Origin: Coraliomargaritaceae bacterium
GTDB taxonomy: Bacteria > Verrucomicrobiota > Verrucomicrobiia > Opitutales > Coraliomargaritaceae
Direction: 5' to 3'
Assembly (NCBI GenBank): GCA_965656495.1
Contig: CBFHKU010000009.1
Span: 18,098 to 82,097 of the forward strand
DNA length: 64,000 bases
In this document: positions 1-12,546 of the stretch, piece after piece
Position numbering within the stretch: position 1 is the stretch's first letter
Layout of the letters: each line of letters opens with the position of its first letter
Program-made: the position numbers and the translations under genes
Notes under the pieces: model-generated
Seen by the model: only the letters and a program-made list of their open reading frames with translations
What the model was told of the DNA's origin: nothing
The model's database searches: none

Positions 1-305
1 CCGGAATCGCCAAGCATCGCGGGCAAATCTGCGATGTCATCGTTTATAACCGCCCCGGAAGAACCAAAACCCTCCGCTATTTCTCGCGCAAAGAAGCAAA
101 ACTCGTTGCGACCATCCAGGAAGTGTCCGGTGAACAGGTCGAAGTGGTCGAGGACGGCGACCTTTACGTGGACGGGATTCGCTTCCCGAGGGCGCAGCTT
201 TATTTTCAGGACAAGCAGCCCCTCCACCGCATGGAAGTGGATAAAGTCCTCGTAAATTCGGTCCTCGAGGAGGGAATCTTTGATATTCCCGAACAAAAGA
301 AATAA
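1..305 (+). CDS. 3' end of a hypothetical protein (possibly LolA-like/outer-membrane sorting fold), truncated by the window edge
   Basis: The frame is open from position 3 (GIAKHRGQICDVIVYN...) to TAA at 303-305; the C-terminus ...VDGIRFP...VLVNSVLEEGIFDIP resembles the ends of LolA-like proteins. Confidence 0.55.
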   Translation, partial: GIAKHRGQICDVIVYNRPGRTKTLRYFSRKEAKLVATIQEVSGEQVEVVEDGDLYVDGIRFPRAQLYFQDKQPLHRMEVDKVLVNSVLEEGIFDIPEQKK

Positions 306-355
306 TTCTACCCTGTCTTGCACGCAGGGCGGCGAAGTGTTTGCTTAGGGGCATC

Positions 356-1651
356 ATGCAAAAGCTGGAGTTTTCCGACACCCCGAAATTTAAAACCTCC
401 CTGCGTCGTTTCTGCGCCAAAGCGAACGTCACGGGTGACCTTGCCCAAGTCGTCAGTGGCATCCTTCAAGAGGTCAGCGCCAAGGGTGACCGCGCCGTCC
501 TCGCCGCCACCGAACGCTTTGACGGCGCGCGATTGACCGCCCCCGCGATGCGAGTCGCACCGGCTGAACTCAAGGCCGCCCTCAAAAGCCTCTCCGCCAC
601 CGAGCGCAAAGCGATCCGCGAATCGATTGCGATGGTCAAAGATTTTCACCGCAAAACCCTCCCCAAAAACTGGCAGGCTAAAAATGCCCACGGCGCGACC
701 GTCGGCGAGCGTTTCTATCCCATTCAGCGCGTAGGCCTTTACATCCCCGGCGGCAACGTCCCGCTGGTCTCCACCGTCATCATGACCGCGGTACTCGCCA
801 AACTGGTGCGTTGTCCGGAAGTCGCGGTCTGCACCCCGCCGCGCCCCGATGGCAGCATTGCCCCCGGCATGCTCGCCGCGCTCGCGATGGTTGGCATTGA
901 GGAAGTTTACAAAGTCGGAGGCGTGCAGGCAATCGGCGCGCTGGCATACGGCACCAAGACCATCGCCCCCGTCGATAAAATCTTCGGTCCGGGTAATGCC
1001 TACGTGATGGAAGCAAAACGCCAGGTACTCGGCACGGTCGGTATCGATCTCCTCCCCGGGCCCAGCGAAGTCATGCTCATTGCAGACGGCGGCGCGAACC
1101 CCCGTCACCTCGCCGCCGATCTCCTCGCGCAGGCGGAACACGGCAGCGGCAAGGAAATCCTTTATTACGCCACCACCAGCAAAGCGCAGGTCGCAAAAGT
1201 CGAACGCGCCATCGCGGCGCAATTGCCCGCGCTCTGCCACGGAGAAAAATGCGCGGCGATCCTCAAGGATCGTTGCCTCGCGATCATTTGCCGCAATCTC
1301 CCGCAGACCGCCGAGGTCGCCAACTACATCGCTCCCGAGCACCTCGAGCTACAGGTCGCCGACAAAGCCTTACCCGCGCTCAATCAAGCCATCACCACCG
1401 CCGGCGCGATCCTGCAGGGCTATTACACCCCCACCGTCCTCGGTGACTTCACCGCCGGGCCCAGTCATACCCTTCCCACCGGACGCGCCGGGCGGTTCTT
1501 CAGCGGGCTTCAGGCAACCGACTTTCTGCGCCGTTCCAGCACCGTCCGTTACGATGCCCGCAGCCTCGCCAAAGCCGCCCCGGTGGTTGAAACCTTCGCC
1601 CGCCTCGAGGAACTCGACGCCCACGGCAATTCCCTCAAGATCCGCCTTTAG
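356..1651 (+). CDS. hisD: histidinol dehydrogenase
   Basis: Motifs [61 protein letters not shown] at 356 preferred over TTG at 341. Confidence 0.97.
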   Translation: MQKLEFSDTPKFKTSLRRFCAKANVTGDLAQVVSGILQEVSAKGDRAVLAATERFDGARLTAPAMRVAPAELKAALKSLSATERKAIRESIAMVKDFHRKTLPKNWQAKNAHGATVGERFYPIQRVGLYIPGGNVPLVSTVIMTAVLAKLVRCPEVAVCTPPRPDGSIAPGMLAALAMVGIEEVYKVGGVQAIGALAYGTKTIAPVDKIFGPGNAYVMEAKRQVLGTVGIDLLPGPSEVMLIADGGANPRHLAADLLAQAEHGSGKEILYYATTSKAQVAKVERAIAAQLPALCHGEKCAAILKDRCLAIICRNLPQTAEVANYIAPEHLELQVADKALPALNQAITTAGAILQGYYTPTVLGDFTAGPSHTLPTGRAGRFFSGLQATDFLRRSSTVRYDARSLAKAAPVVETFARLEELDAHGNSLKIRL

Positions 1652-1659
1652 GAGCACCC

Positions 1660-2751
1660 ATGAAAAAATCCTTTGAGGCTCAAGCGCTGGCGCAGGCGCA
1701 TATTCAGGCATTGCACGCTTACGTGCCGGGTGAACAACCGCAGGGTGGGGGCTGGACGAAGCTCAACACCAATGAAAATCCTTATCCGCCCTCGGCGGCG
1801 GTGGCTCCGGCGGTCGCAGCAGAGGCGGCGAAATTGCAGTTTTATCCGGAACCGACCAGTGCGGCGCTGCGCGCTGCAATCGGCGAGTCCTTTGGCCTCA
1901 GCTCCGCGCATGTCATCATCGGGAATGGTTCGGACAACATCCTGGATTTGATCACCCGTTGTTTCGGGCAGACGCCGGGGGTGGGGCATACTGTGCCGAG
2001 TTATTCGCTCTATCCGGTGGTGGCGGGGATGTCGGGTCAGGAATTATTGGAAGTGCCCTTTGATCGTTCGATGCGGCTCGATGTCGCGGCGATTGCGAGC
2101 CTGCAGGCGCGGGTCTTTTTCCTGACAAATCCCAATGCTCCGACCGGGGTGGCGTTTTCCCTAAAGGAAATCGAGCAGGTGTTGCAGTCGATTGACGGGC
2201 TCCTGGTGGTGGACGAGGCCTATGTCGATTTTGGGGGCGAGAGTGCCTTCCCGCTTCTGGAGGCGTATGAAAACCTGATCGTGGTACGCACTTTCTCAAA
2301 ATCCTACAGCTTGGCGGGCATGCGGGTGGGTTTCGCCCTCGCCGCGCCGGAAATCATTGAATTGCTCGATCGGGTGCGCGATGCCTACAACCTCGACCGC
2401 ATCGCGCAGGCCGCCGCCCTCGCGGCTTTTACAGACCGCGCCTATTTTGAAGCCCGCTGTGCGGAGGTCATCGCCACCCGCGAACAGACCCGCGCGGCGC
2501 TCGATGCGCATGGCTGGTTCACTTATCCCTCGAGCGCCAATTTCCTGTTTACCGAGCCCAAAAACGCGGCGGGGGAATCGGGCCCCGAAGTTGCCGCCGC
2601 CCTCTTTGAACACCTCAAGGCGCAACGCGTTTTGGTGCGCTATTTCCCGGGGCATCCTTTAACTTGCGCTTTTATCCGCGTCAGCATAGGAACAGAGGCA
2701 GAAATGCAGGTATTTTTAACCGCGATCAACTTATGGCTGAACCACGCATAG
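1660..2751 (+). CDS. hisC: histidinol-phosphate aminotransferase
   Basis: [44 protein letters not shown] (PLP lysine); lies in the his operon. Confidence 0.96.
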   Translation: MKKSFEAQALAQAHIQALHAYVPGEQPQGGGWTKLNTNENPYPPSAAVAPAVAAEAAKLQFYPEPTSAALRAAIGESFGLSSAHVIIGNGSDNILDLITRCFGQTPGVGHTVPSYSLYPVVAGMSGQELLEVPFDRSMRLDVAAIASLQARVFFLTNPNAPTGVAFSLKEIEQVLQSIDGLLVVDEAYVDFGGESAFPLLEAYENLIVVRTFSKSYSLAGMRVGFALAAPEIIELLDRVRDAYNLDRIAQAAALAAFTDRAYFEARCAEVIATREQTRAALDAHGWFTYPSSANFLFTEPKNAAGESGPEVAAALFEHLKAQRVLVRYFPGHPLTCAFIRVSIGTEAEMQVFLTAINLWLNHA

Positions 2752-3335
2752 CATCCCTTACCCGTAATACCAAGGAAACCCAGATCACGATGGAACTCGC
2801 GATCGACGGCAACGGCGTCTCGGAAATCGAGACCGGTATTCCTTTTCTCGACCACATGCTCACCCTCTTTGCGCGCCACGGCTTCTTTGATTTAAAGCTC
2901 AAGGCGACCGGCGATATTGATGTCGATTACCACCACACCGTTGAAGACACCGGGATTGTCCTCGGGCAGGTGCTCAAGCAGGCGCTCGGCGAGAAACGCG
3001 GCATCCGCCGCTATGGCTATTTCCTTTTACCGATGGATGAATCCCTCGCGCGGGTCGCCCTCGATCTCTCGAATCGCCCCGCCTTTGTTTACAAGGTCGA
3101 TTACAAGGACGCGATGGTGCGCGATTTTAGCATCGGCTTGGTGAAGGAATTTTTCCAGGCATTTGCGAACGAGGCGGGCTGCAACCTGCACATCAACCTC
3201 GAATACGGCGAAGAACCGCACCACATTGCGGAGGCCATCTTTAAAGGCTTCGCCCGCGCGCTGGACAGCGCCACCACGATTGACCCGCGCCTCGGGGATG
3301 CCGTTCCCTCCACGAAGGGCAGCCTCAGCGAATAA
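2733..3335 (+). CDS. hisB: imidazoleglycerol-phosphate dehydratase
   Basis: [40 protein letters not shown] at 2733 overlaps the hisC end. Confidence 0.97.
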   Translation: MAEPRIASLTRNTKETQITMELAIDGNGVSEIETGIPFLDHMLTLFARHGFFDLKLKATGDIDVDYHHTVEDTGIVLGQVLKQALGEKRGIRRYGYFLLPMDESLARVALDLSNRPAFVYKVDYKDAMVRDFSIGLVKEFFQAFANEAGCNLHINLEYGEEPHHIAEAIFKGFARALDSATTIDPRLGDAVPSTKGSLSE

Positions 3336-3392
3336 GCGGCTTCAAATTTAAAAAGGTTTGGCTGCGCGGGATTTATGACGGATTGAATAGGA

Positions 3393-4838
3393 ATGGCAAA
3401 AGTATTGGTAATCGATGACGACGCGGATTTGCGTTACTCGCTGAAGCGCGTGCTCAGCGGGGAGGGTTATGACATACTCGAAGCGGAGAGCGGGGAGGCG
3501 GGTCTGAAGGTGGCGGCGGCGGAAAAACCGCAGGTGATTTTGTTGGACAACCGTATGCCGGGAATGACGGGCATCGAGACTTTGCAGCATTTGCGCGGGG
3601 AAAACCCGAATGCCATGATCATTCTGATGACGGCCTTCGGGACGACACAGACCACGATTGAGGCGATGAAATTCGGGGCCTTTGATTACATCATGAAGCC
3701 CTTTGATCCGAAACAAATCGTGGGTTTAACGGCGGCGGCTCTGGCAGCTTCTTCGGATTTGGATAAAGCGAGTGCGAGCATGGGCGGGGATGCGGATTCG
3801 CATTCGCATGTGAGTGCAGAGGATTTGGAAGGTGGGATCATTGGGAGCTCGGAGCCGATGCAGGCGGTTTTCAAGACAATTGGCCAGGTGGCGGCGAGCG
3901 ACGCCACCGTGATGGTCACGGGTGAAAGCGGCACGGGTAAGGAATTGATTGCGCGGGCGATTCACCAGAACAGCTTACGATCCAACAAGCCCTATATCGC
4001 AGTCAACTGCGCCGCGATTGCGGAGAATTTAATCGAGAGTGAATTGTTTGGTCATGAAAAGGGCGCTTTTACCGGAGCGACGCAGCAACACATCGGGAAG
4101 TTTGAGCGTTGTGACGGGGGTACTATTTTTCTGGATGAAATTGGTGACATGGCGTTGGCGACCCAGACGAAAATTTTGCGTGCCTTACAGGAGGGAGAGA
4201 TTCAGCGGGTGGGCGGTTCGGAAACGATCAAGGTGGATGTCCGGATGCTGGCGGCTACGAATAAACCTCTGGAAACAATGGTGGAGGAGAAGACCTTTCG
4301 GGAGGATTTGTATTATCGTTTGAATGTGGTGCGGGTGCAATTACCCGCCTTGCGCGAACGGATGGAGGATGTGCCTTCGCTGGTGGATTTCATGCTGAAA
4401 CGTTTGGCGCGGGACAGCAAAGCGGAGTTAAAGCATATATCAGCGGAAGCGATGGCGGTTTTGCAGGCATATGATTGGCCGGGCAATGTTCGGGAACTGG
4501 AGAATTTGATTTATCGCAGCGCGGTAATGGCGCAAGGAGAGGCGATTTTGGTCAAGGATTTGCCGGAGGAGGTGGTGAAAGCGGCGGGCCTTGAACCGTC
4601 GGAACAGGCCGAAGAATCGGGATCGGGTACAGGGGCGGCGAGCGGCGATGCTTTGGACGCAGCGTATGCGCATTTGCGGAGGGAGACCGACGTGGATTTA
4701 TTACAAGCGGCAGAGCGCGCCATGATAGCGCGGGCACTTCAGGAAACCGGGGGTGAGCTTGGAGCGGCGGCAACGATTTTAGGGATGACGCGTCCCACGC
4801 TCCGCAAACGCATCGAGCAACACGGCTTGAGTGCTTGA
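3393..4838 (+). CDS. sigma-54-dependent response regulator (NtrC/AtoC family: REC-AAA+-HTH)
   Basis: Receiver domain (LVIDDD...LLDNRMPG...KPF), Walker [41 protein letters not shown]-terminal Fis-type HTH. Confidence 0.95.
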   Translation: MAKVLVIDDDADLRYSLKRVLSGEGYDILEAESGEAGLKVAAAEKPQVILLDNRMPGMTGIETLQHLRGENPNAMIILMTAFGTTQTTIEAMKFGAFDYIMKPFDPKQIVGLTAAALAASSDLDKASASMGGDADSHSHVSAEDLEGGIIGSSEPMQAVFKTIGQVAASDATVMVTGESGTGKELIARAIHQNSLRSNKPYIAVNCAAIAENLIESELFGHEKGAFTGATQQHIGKFERCDGGTIFLDEIGDMALATQTKILRALQEGEIQRVGGSETIKVDVRMLAATNKPLETMVEEKTFREDLYYRLNVVRVQLPALRERMEDVPSLVDFMLKRLARDSKAELKHISAEAMAVLQAYDWPGNVRELENLIYRSAVMAQGEAILVKDLPEEVVKAAGLEPSEQAEESGSGTGAASGDALDAAYAHLRRETDVDLLQAAERAMIARALQETGGELGAAATILGMTRPTLRKRIEQHGLSA

Positions 4839-4851
4839 GGAAAGCGAGGCG

Positions 4852-5529
4852 CTAGGTGGGGCGCACCGAGATCTGGATGCGGGCTTCCGCCGGAGCACCG
4901 AAGTTGTCGATGCCACGAATGATGACGGTGTCGCGGAGCGGCAGGTTGAAGTTCAGGGGGACGACCTGCAGGATAAAATCATTACGTTTGTTGGGGTCGG
5001 TCTCACGGCTTACATCCAGTCGCAAGGGGTCGTAAACGATCGCCTCAATCGATTCAATGTAGCGTTGATCGAGATTCACCTCGATTGTTTTAGGGGTACG
5101 CAAGCTGTCGGGTGCCCAATAGAGAACCTGAGGACTCGCATCAACGAGGACGGGTATTTGAACGAAGAGATGGAGGGTGGTGGTCGGCTCGTCCTGACCG
5201 TCCAGATAAACGAAGAGGCGCTCGTGATGTTTGCCGGTGCGCTTTCCTTTGTTGAAAATAGCAGTGACAATGCTTTTTCCCTTGGCGCGGACGATGCGTT
5301 GATCGACTAATGAGGAAACATTTCCGGCGCTACTCTCAATGCGATTAATGCGGATGGGTTTATTGCCGTTATTCGTCACGACAAACTGAAGCTTGGCCTG
5401 CGTATCGCTGGGGCGCATTTCGGTGCGTGCCTCGGTTTGCAGCCATTTGAGCGCGTATTCTGCCTGAGCCGCTAGACAAGGGAAAGCGAGGCAGGCCAAC
5501 AAAGCCAGGGATTTGAAATGGGTAGACAT
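4852..5529 (-). CDS. exported hypothetical protein, Ig-like (DUF1573-like)
   Basis: Signal peptide (LALLACLAFPCLAAQA) followed by FVVTNNGNKPIRINRIESS, typical of DUF1573/ASH Ig folds. Confidence 0.6.
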   Translation of the reverse strand: MSTHFKSLALLACLAFPCLAAQAEYALKWLQTEARTEMRPSDTQAKLQFVVTNNGNKPIRINRIESSAGNVSSLVDQRIVRAKGKSIVTAIFNKGKRTGKHHERLFVYLDGQDEPTTTLHLFVQIPVLVDASPQVLYWAPDSLRTPKTIEVNLDQRYIESIEAIVYDPLRLDVSRETDPNKRNDFILQVVPLNFNLPLRDTVIIRGIDNFGAPAEARIQISVRPT

Positions 5530-5624
5530 TGAATTAACATTATAAAGTGGAGCAGAGCTGGCAAGTTTGAAGCGGCAGGGTTTTATTGCTTCACCTTGGT
5601 ATTATTCCTTATTAGGATTTGGTA

Positions 5625-6044
5625 ATGGGAGTCTATACTGAACAAATCGAGGCGCAGGCACCGGGCAAATCAACCGCAGAATTTACAGATGCGGTGGCAT
5701 CGGGTTTGCGCAAAAGTGGCCTGCGGAATGGGAGCGTGACGGTCTTTTGCTGTCATACCGGTTGCAGTCTCGTCATTATGGAAAACGCGGATCGCTCCGC
5801 GCGGCGCGACCTCGAGCGTTTTATCGAGCGTCTCGTTCCGGAGCACGATCCCGATTTTACCCACACCCTCGAAGGGCCGGACGATATGCCCAGCCATATC
5901 AAGATGGCGCTCACGCGAACCGCCGAGGTGATTCCATTTGTGGACGGACAGCTCTGCCTCGGTACCTGGCAGGGCGTTTTTCTATGGGAGCACCGGGCGC
6001 AGAGCCAGAAACGCCGCATCGTCCTGAGCTACCAGGGGGAGTAG
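5625..6044 (+). CDS. yjbQ: YjbQ/UPF0047 family protein (secondary thiamine-phosphate synthase)
   Basis: HTGCSLVIMENAD, H...EGPDDMPSHIK, LGTWQGVFLWEHR. Confidence 0.92.
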   Translation: MGVYTEQIEAQAPGKSTAEFTDAVASGLRKSGLRNGSVTVFCCHTGCSLVIMENADRSARRDLERFIERLVPEHDPDFTHTLEGPDDMPSHIKMALTRTAEVIPFVDGQLCLGTWQGVFLWEHRAQSQKRRIVLSYQGE

Positions 6045-6062
6045 GGCGGCGGCTTTCGATAC

Positions 6063-7013
6063 TTATGCCCGAGAGCTTCGCTGCGTGATAATATATACGG
6101 TAAATAAAATCGCGAATGCGATGGCAGTCAAAATGACCAGGTGTAGCGCCGCATTATCAAATTTTTCAAAGAGCCATTTTATAAGACCGGTTGCGATCAG
6201 TGCGATGCTGCAAAGGCTGCCGATCAGCCATAAAAGTTTGTCTTTGATCATGTTTTCGAAGCTGGCCTTTAACTTTGCCTCATATTGTAGGAATTTCTCA
6301 TCTATATCTTGCGTGAGGGAGTCTATTTTTTCTGAAATTGTCTGAATTTTTTCATCGAGCTTGATGAGTTCGCTTCCGATATAATTGAACGGGTAGCCGG
6401 CTTCCTGTAATCGTTTTTTTGGATCCAGTTTATATATGGATGATGACACAATGAGGTCATCGTCAATGTCTACCGGTAATGAGCGGGCAGAAGTTTTGAT
6501 TCCATCGGTGTCTTGGTAGATGTGGTCACTTTGTGAGCCGTATGGGTTTTCGGGGGTTTCGTTTTCATCAAGCAAGAGGAGGGTAAGTTTAAAGAGGTGC
6601 CCTCCTTCCTTAAGGGTGATCGGGTTGGTGGAGCCATTTCTGATTCCCCAGTTCAGGTGACCTTTAAAACCGGCATCAATTTTTGTAGCGGCTTGTACAA
6701 TACCTTCCCGCATCATGGTGGTGGTAGGGGTTACGAAGCCCATTATCATTTGTCCCGGGTATTCCGCTTCCAGGGCAGCCGATGAGAAGTCTATTTTTTC
6801 TTTACTCGAAACAATAACCGATTCGCCCGGATTAATCTTCAGGAAATGTCCTTTAGGGATCTTCTTTTCCTCTTTTGTTGCGAGGAAACGAACCGCATTA
6901 CCCAAGCGCAATTCTACTCCATTGGGATTGATTTTTATATTACTGCTCTGGTCTCCAACAATGATGCTGGATAGGATTTTTCTAATTTCCTTATCGGGAA
7001 GCAATTGAGCCAT
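6063..7013 (-). CDS. dCTP deaminase/dUTPase-fold protein with C-terminal coiled coil and two TM helices
   Basis: Residues 1-178 align by eye with Dcd (LPDKEI, INPNGVELRLG, INPGE, MREGI, KIDAGFKG, N...PITL..G, PYG...YQD); heptad-like segment at about 213-258; two hydrophobic helices at about 260-282 and 288-310; visibly more AT-rich than its neighbours. Confidence 0.75.
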   Translation of the reverse strand: MAQLLPDKEIRKILSSIIVGDQSSNIKINPNGVELRLGNAVRFLATKEEKKIPKGHFLKINPGESVIVSSKEKIDFSSAALEAEYPGQMIMGFVTPTTTMMREGIVQAATKIDAGFKGHLNWGIRNGSTNPITLKEGGHLFKLTLLLLDENETPENPYGSQSDHIYQDTDGIKTSARSLPVDIDDDLIVSSSIYKLDPKKRLQEAGYPFNYIGSELIKLDEKIQTISEKIDSLTQDIDEKFLQYEAKLKASFENMIKDKLLWLIGSLCSIALIATGLIKWLFEKFDNAALHLVILTAIAFAILFTVYIITQRSSRA

Positions 7014-7062
7014 ATTTATATTCTTTATAAATTAGGCTGTTTATCAACAAAAATAAATTTAT

Positions 7063-8610
7063 TTACTGGGCGATTGCGAGCAGCGTTTCGATGGCGGGGA
7101 CATCCTTGATGATTTGGCTGGGTTCGGGGCCGACGCCGATGTAGCGGAGGTTGGGGAGCTTGGCAGGGCCCTGGTCGCCGTGGTTGGCGACGTCCACGAG
7201 GGCTTTGAGCATCCATGCCACGTAGTTTTGGGCGTTGGCGGGAAGCGCAGCAAAATGGCGCACGGTCGAGATGTCTTCGCTCCAGCCGGGGAGTTCCTTG
7301 TAAACGGGTTGCAGGGTGCGGCGGTAGCTGTCGTCGCGGGGGACGTGGTGGATGCTGCGGCCCTCGGCGTCGCGGTAGGCGGTGCAGATGCGGAGCGATC
7401 CGTTCCAGTCGCCGGAATGGGAGAGGGCATCGAGTTTGTTGAGGACGAGGTCCTGATAGCCACCGTAACGGAGGGCATCGCCCTTTTCAACGGCGTCATA
7501 CCAACCGACCATGCGTTGGCGTCCGGTGGTGGCTCCGAATTCGATTTGGCGGAGTTGTTGACTGAGGGGGTGGTCGAGTTCGATTTCGGAAATAAAGGCG
7601 TGGGTGCCGACCTTGGTATCGTAGGCTTTGCAGCAACCGACATTGTGGATGGCTTGGACGGGGATGCCGGCGGACTGGAAGAACTCGGGGGTAAAGGTAT
7701 GGGAGGCGGTGACGTTGGGCGGGAAGCCGTGCCGTTTGTCGAGCCAGTAGGCTTGGCCGAACTCGCCGATGACGTAGCGGCCCTGGTCGACTTCGCGGAG
7801 GATGAGTTCGCGCACGTCGGTGATTTGCGGGGCGAGGATTTGACCGGCGGCCCAGTAGGTTTCGATGAGGGCTTCGGTGTTTAGGGTGAAGGGTTCGGCG
7901 CTAGCGAAGGCGGCAAAATCAAAATCCTGGGCGGGGGCTTTTCCGGCTTGGATGATTTCGGCATTGGCGCGGGATTCCGCTTCGCCGAGGGTTGCGAAAG
8001 CGGCGAGCCAACGCTCGGGGGAAATTTGGCAGACGTGTTGAATGATGCGGCAGGTGCGCTCGATGCGTTCACGGAATTTTTCCACGAAGTGGTCTTTGGG
8101 GCCGTGGAGGTCTGCGTAATAAATTTGGAATTGCCCGACTTCATCGAGGTAGGCGGGGGTGATTCCGCGACCGGTGGAACCTCGGGCTTCGCCGCCGGGG
8201 AGGCGTTGGCGGTAGTCTTCCCATGCCAGGTCGAGGAGGCGGTGACTGAGGTCGGAGAGGAGGCAACGCTCGTCGATGGCAAGGCGTTCGAGGGCGCGGT
8301 GACCGTGGAGTTCGGCATAGGCGCATTCCCAGAGGAATTTGCGGGGATCGGCGACCACCCCACAACCGATCGGCAGGTGTGGTACTTCGGGATCGGCGAC
8401 GCCGCCCGGCAGGAGGTTGAGCTTGAGGCCTGCGACGGTGTGACCGGAGTTGGAACCGCCGTTGACTTTCATGACGGCGCCCACCGCATCGCGGTGTCCG
8501 GTGGATTCCCGTAGTTCGTTGACGATCTCAAGGATGACGCGGCCTTTGCCCTCGTCGCCGGTTGAGATGCCGGTATCGGCAATGAGTTGACTCTGAAATG
8601 GAGTGAGCAT
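7063..8610 (-). CDS. purA: adenylosuccinate synthetase (divergent, with insertion)
   Basis: [71 protein letters not shown]. Confidence 0.93.
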   Translation of the reverse strand: MLTPFQSQLIADTGISTGDEGKGRVILEIVNELRESTGHRDAVGAVMKVNGGSNSGHTVAGLKLNLLPGGVADPEVPHLPIGCGVVADPRKFLWECAYAELHGHRALERLAIDERCLLSDLSHRLLDLAWEDYRQRLPGGEARGSTGRGITPAYLDEVGQFQIYYADLHGPKDHFVEKFRERIERTCRIIQHVCQISPERWLAAFATLGEAESRANAEIIQAGKAPAQDFDFAAFASAEPFTLNTEALIETYWAAGQILAPQITDVRELILREVDQGRYVIGEFGQAYWLDKRHGFPPNVTASHTFTPEFFQSAGIPVQAIHNVGCCKAYDTKVGTHAFISEIELDHPLSQQLRQIEFGATTGRQRMVGWYDAVEKGDALRYGGYQDLVLNKLDALSHSGDWNGSLRICTAYRDAEGRSIHHVPRDDSYRRTLQPVYKELPGWSEDISTVRHFAALPANAQNYVAWMLKALVDVANHGDQGPAKLPNLRYIGVGPEPSQIIKDVPAIETLLAIAQ

Positions 8611-8621
8611 GCGGGTGCAGT

Positions 8622-10199
<1,578 letters not shown>

Positions 10200-10255
10200 G
10201 CGCTGAGTGCATCAAATAGTTGTCTTTTCTCAAGCCGAAAACACATTGGAATGAA

Positions 10256-11242
10256 ATGAGAGAAATCAGGTACCAAAGCTACTCGCGTCGATTTGAGCGT
10301 CCATTGCGGACGGCACGGGGTGAATGGGCGGTTCGCGAGGGGTATTTGTTGCGGATTCGGGAGGGGGATCGGGTAGGATATGGCGAAGTGGCACCGCTGC
10401 CTGAATTCGGGACGGAAACGCTGGCGGAAGCGGAGGCATATCTGGCGGCTTTATCGGCGGGCGGGGAGTTGGCGCTGCCGGAGCACTTACAGTGTTGCGC
10501 TTTTGGAATAAGTGCGGCCTTGGCTGGGCTACAAGGGGCAATGGTATTGCCAGATCGCGATTTTGAAGTGGCGGGGCTCTTACCGGCGGGTGAGGCAGCG
10601 GAGTCGGCCATGCTAGAAAAATGGAGTGGTGGTTATGAGGTTTTTAAATGGAAGGTGGGGGTCGAGGCGGCTGCAAGTGAGATGGCAGTTTTTGAACGAC
10701 TGGCGGAGCGATTGCCGGAGGGGGGTCGTTTGCGTTTGGATGCGAACGGGGCGTGGTCGGTTGAGTTGTTGAATGAATGGCTGGAATTTTTAAAGGGCTG
10801 GGTGAATGTGGTGGAATTTGTGGAGCAGCCTTTGGCTGTGGGATTGGAGGCGGAAATGTTGGCGGCGCGGGCGGAATCGGGAATCGAGATTGCGCTGGAT
10901 GAAAGTTTGAACGGAGCGGGGGCGGCACGCTGGTTGGGTGAATGGCCGGGCGTACTGGTGGTTAAAGCGCCCTTGATGGGGGACTTGGCGCGATTGCAGG
11001 CGCAACTCGAACCGGTGGCGGAACGGGTGGTGCTATCCTCGGTTTTTGAAACGGGTATCGGGTTTTTGAATACGATGGTATTGGCGGGGGCCTTGCCGAA
11101 GCTCAACTTAGCCTTGGGGTTTGATACTTTGCAGTTTTTGGATGCACTAGGGGGTCGTAAGGAGGGTGCCGTGATTGCGGCATCGGATTTGGTAGCATTG
11201 AATCCTGAAGAAATATGGAACGCGAACCGCCATTTGATTTAG
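10256..11242 (+). CDS. menC: o-succinylbenzoate synthase (enolase superfamily)
   Basis: GEVAPLP, KWKVG, LRLDANG, EQP, IALDES, SSVFET; adjacent to menE; ATG at 10256 preferred. Confidence 0.88.
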   Translation: MREIRYQSYSRRFERPLRTARGEWAVREGYLLRIREGDRVGYGEVAPLPEFGTETLAEAEAYLAALSAGGELALPEHLQCCAFGISAALAGLQGAMVLPDRDFEVAGLLPAGEAAESAMLEKWSGGYEVFKWKVGVEAAASEMAVFERLAERLPEGGRLRLDANGAWSVELLNEWLEFLKGWVNVVEFVEQPLAVGLEAEMLAARAESGIEIALDESLNGAGAARWLGEWPGVLVVKAPLMGDLARLQAQLEPVAERVVLSSVFETGIGFLNTMVLAGALPKLNLALGFDTLQFLDALGGRKEGAVIAASDLVALNPEEIWNANRHLI

Positions 11243-12546
11243 CATCCCTGAAGCGGGATTGGATTGAGGGAGTTCCGGGTGGGCAGTTCACGGAGCGGGT
11301 GGCGGCATGGCTGGAAGATTTGGAGGCGACGCGCCCGGGGCCGGTTCTGCTGGCGTTGGAGGATGGATTTGAATTTGCGGCGGTTTTTATGGCAGCGGTC
11401 TATCTCCGGCGTCCGGTGGTCTTGGGCAATCCGGCGTGGGGTTCGGTTGAATGGGGGGCGGTCGCTGGGCAGTTGAAGCCGGCGCGGGTGGTTGGTGATG
11501 CACCGCTGGAGGTCACCGAGGCGGTGAGTGATTTGGCGGCAGGGGCGATTTTGATTCCAACCGGCGGTACGAGTGGAGGGGTCCGTTTTGCGCATCACGA
11601 CTGGGGAACGCTTCGTGTCGCGGCGGAGGGTTGGCTGACTTTTGCGGGTGCCGGGGTGGAGCGCGTTTTATGTGTGCTGCCGCTCTACCATGTGAGTGGA
11701 CTGATGCAATTGGTGCGCAGTTTTGTTGGTTCGATGCAGTTTGCGATGGGGACTTGGGCGGATATCCCGCGTTGTGCGGGGCGCGCGAATCAAGGGGTGG
11801 CAATTTCGCTGGTGGCAACGCAACTGGAGCGTTTGTTGGAGGATGATGCTTCGGTGGAGGCCTTGCGCGGGATGGAGGCGATTTATATGGGTGGTGGCCC
11901 GATGCGGGTGGAGACGGCGGAACGGGCGCGCGCCGAAAAGTTGCCGCTGGTTTTAAGTTATGGCATGACGGAAACGGGAGCGATGGTCGCCGCTTTGAGC
12001 GTCGAGGCATTTATGTCCGGTGCCTTTGATGCGGGTCGGGCGCTGTGTCATGCAAGCCTCAGCATAATCGATGAGGCGGGGAAAATCTGCGCGCCGGGGG
12101 AGGTGGGGCGCATCCGGGTGGCGTCAAAGGCGTTGTTTCATGGTTATCATGCGGCGCGGGCAGATGGTTTGCGGGATGGGGAATTTTTGACGGACGATGC
12201 CGGTTTTTTGGATGAAGACGGGCAGTTGCACGTGGTCGGTCGAATCGATCGTTTGATTCAAAGCGGGGGAGAAAAGGTAGATCCTCAGGAGGTTGAGACC
12301 GCGATGCTACAGGTGGAGGGGGTCGAGGCGGCGCTCGTTCTCGGGCAAGCGGATGCGGAATGGGTTGAACGGGTGGTGGCGTTTTATGTGGCGGAGTCGG
12401 ATTTGGATCTCACCGCGCCGCTTGCGGGCTTGTTGGCACCGCATAAGCTTCCGAAGTTGTGCCTGCGGGTGGCGGCGTTACCGCTGAATGCATCCGGGAA
12501 AGTGGACAGCGTAAAGGTGGCGGCGCTGTTGGGGGCGGTTCAGTAA
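11215..12546 (+). CDS. menE: o-succinylbenzoate--CoA ligase (AMP-binding enzyme)
   Basis: [42 protein letters not shown]; overlaps menC. Confidence 0.85.
   Translation: MEREPPFDLASLKRDWIEGVPGGQFTERVAAWLEDLEATRPGPVLLALEDGFEFAAVFMAAVYLRRPVVLGNPAWGSVEWGAVAGQLKPARVVGDAPLEVTEAVSDLAAGAILIPTGGTSGGVRFAHHDWGTLRVAAEGWLTFAGAGVERVLCVLPLYHVSGLMQLVRSFVGSMQFAMGTWADIPRCAGRANQGVAISLVATQLERLLEDDASVEALRGMEAIYMGGGPMRVETAERARAEKLPLVLSYGMTETGAMVAALSVEAFMSGAFDAGRALCHASLSIIDEAGKICAPGEVGRIRVASKALFHGYHAARADGLRDGEFLTDDAGFLDEDGQLHVVGRIDRLIQSGGEKVDPQEVETAMLQVEGVEAALVLGQADAEWVERVVAFYVAESDLDLTAPLAGLLAPHKLPKLCLRVAALPLNASGKVDSVKVAALLGAVQ

Noticed and set aside
308..1342. Long antisense ORFs (also 8667-10118, 12459-13496, 60328-61155, 62922-63950 and others)
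   Set aside because: Shadow frames opposite well-supported genes in GC-rich DNA, with no recognisable motifs
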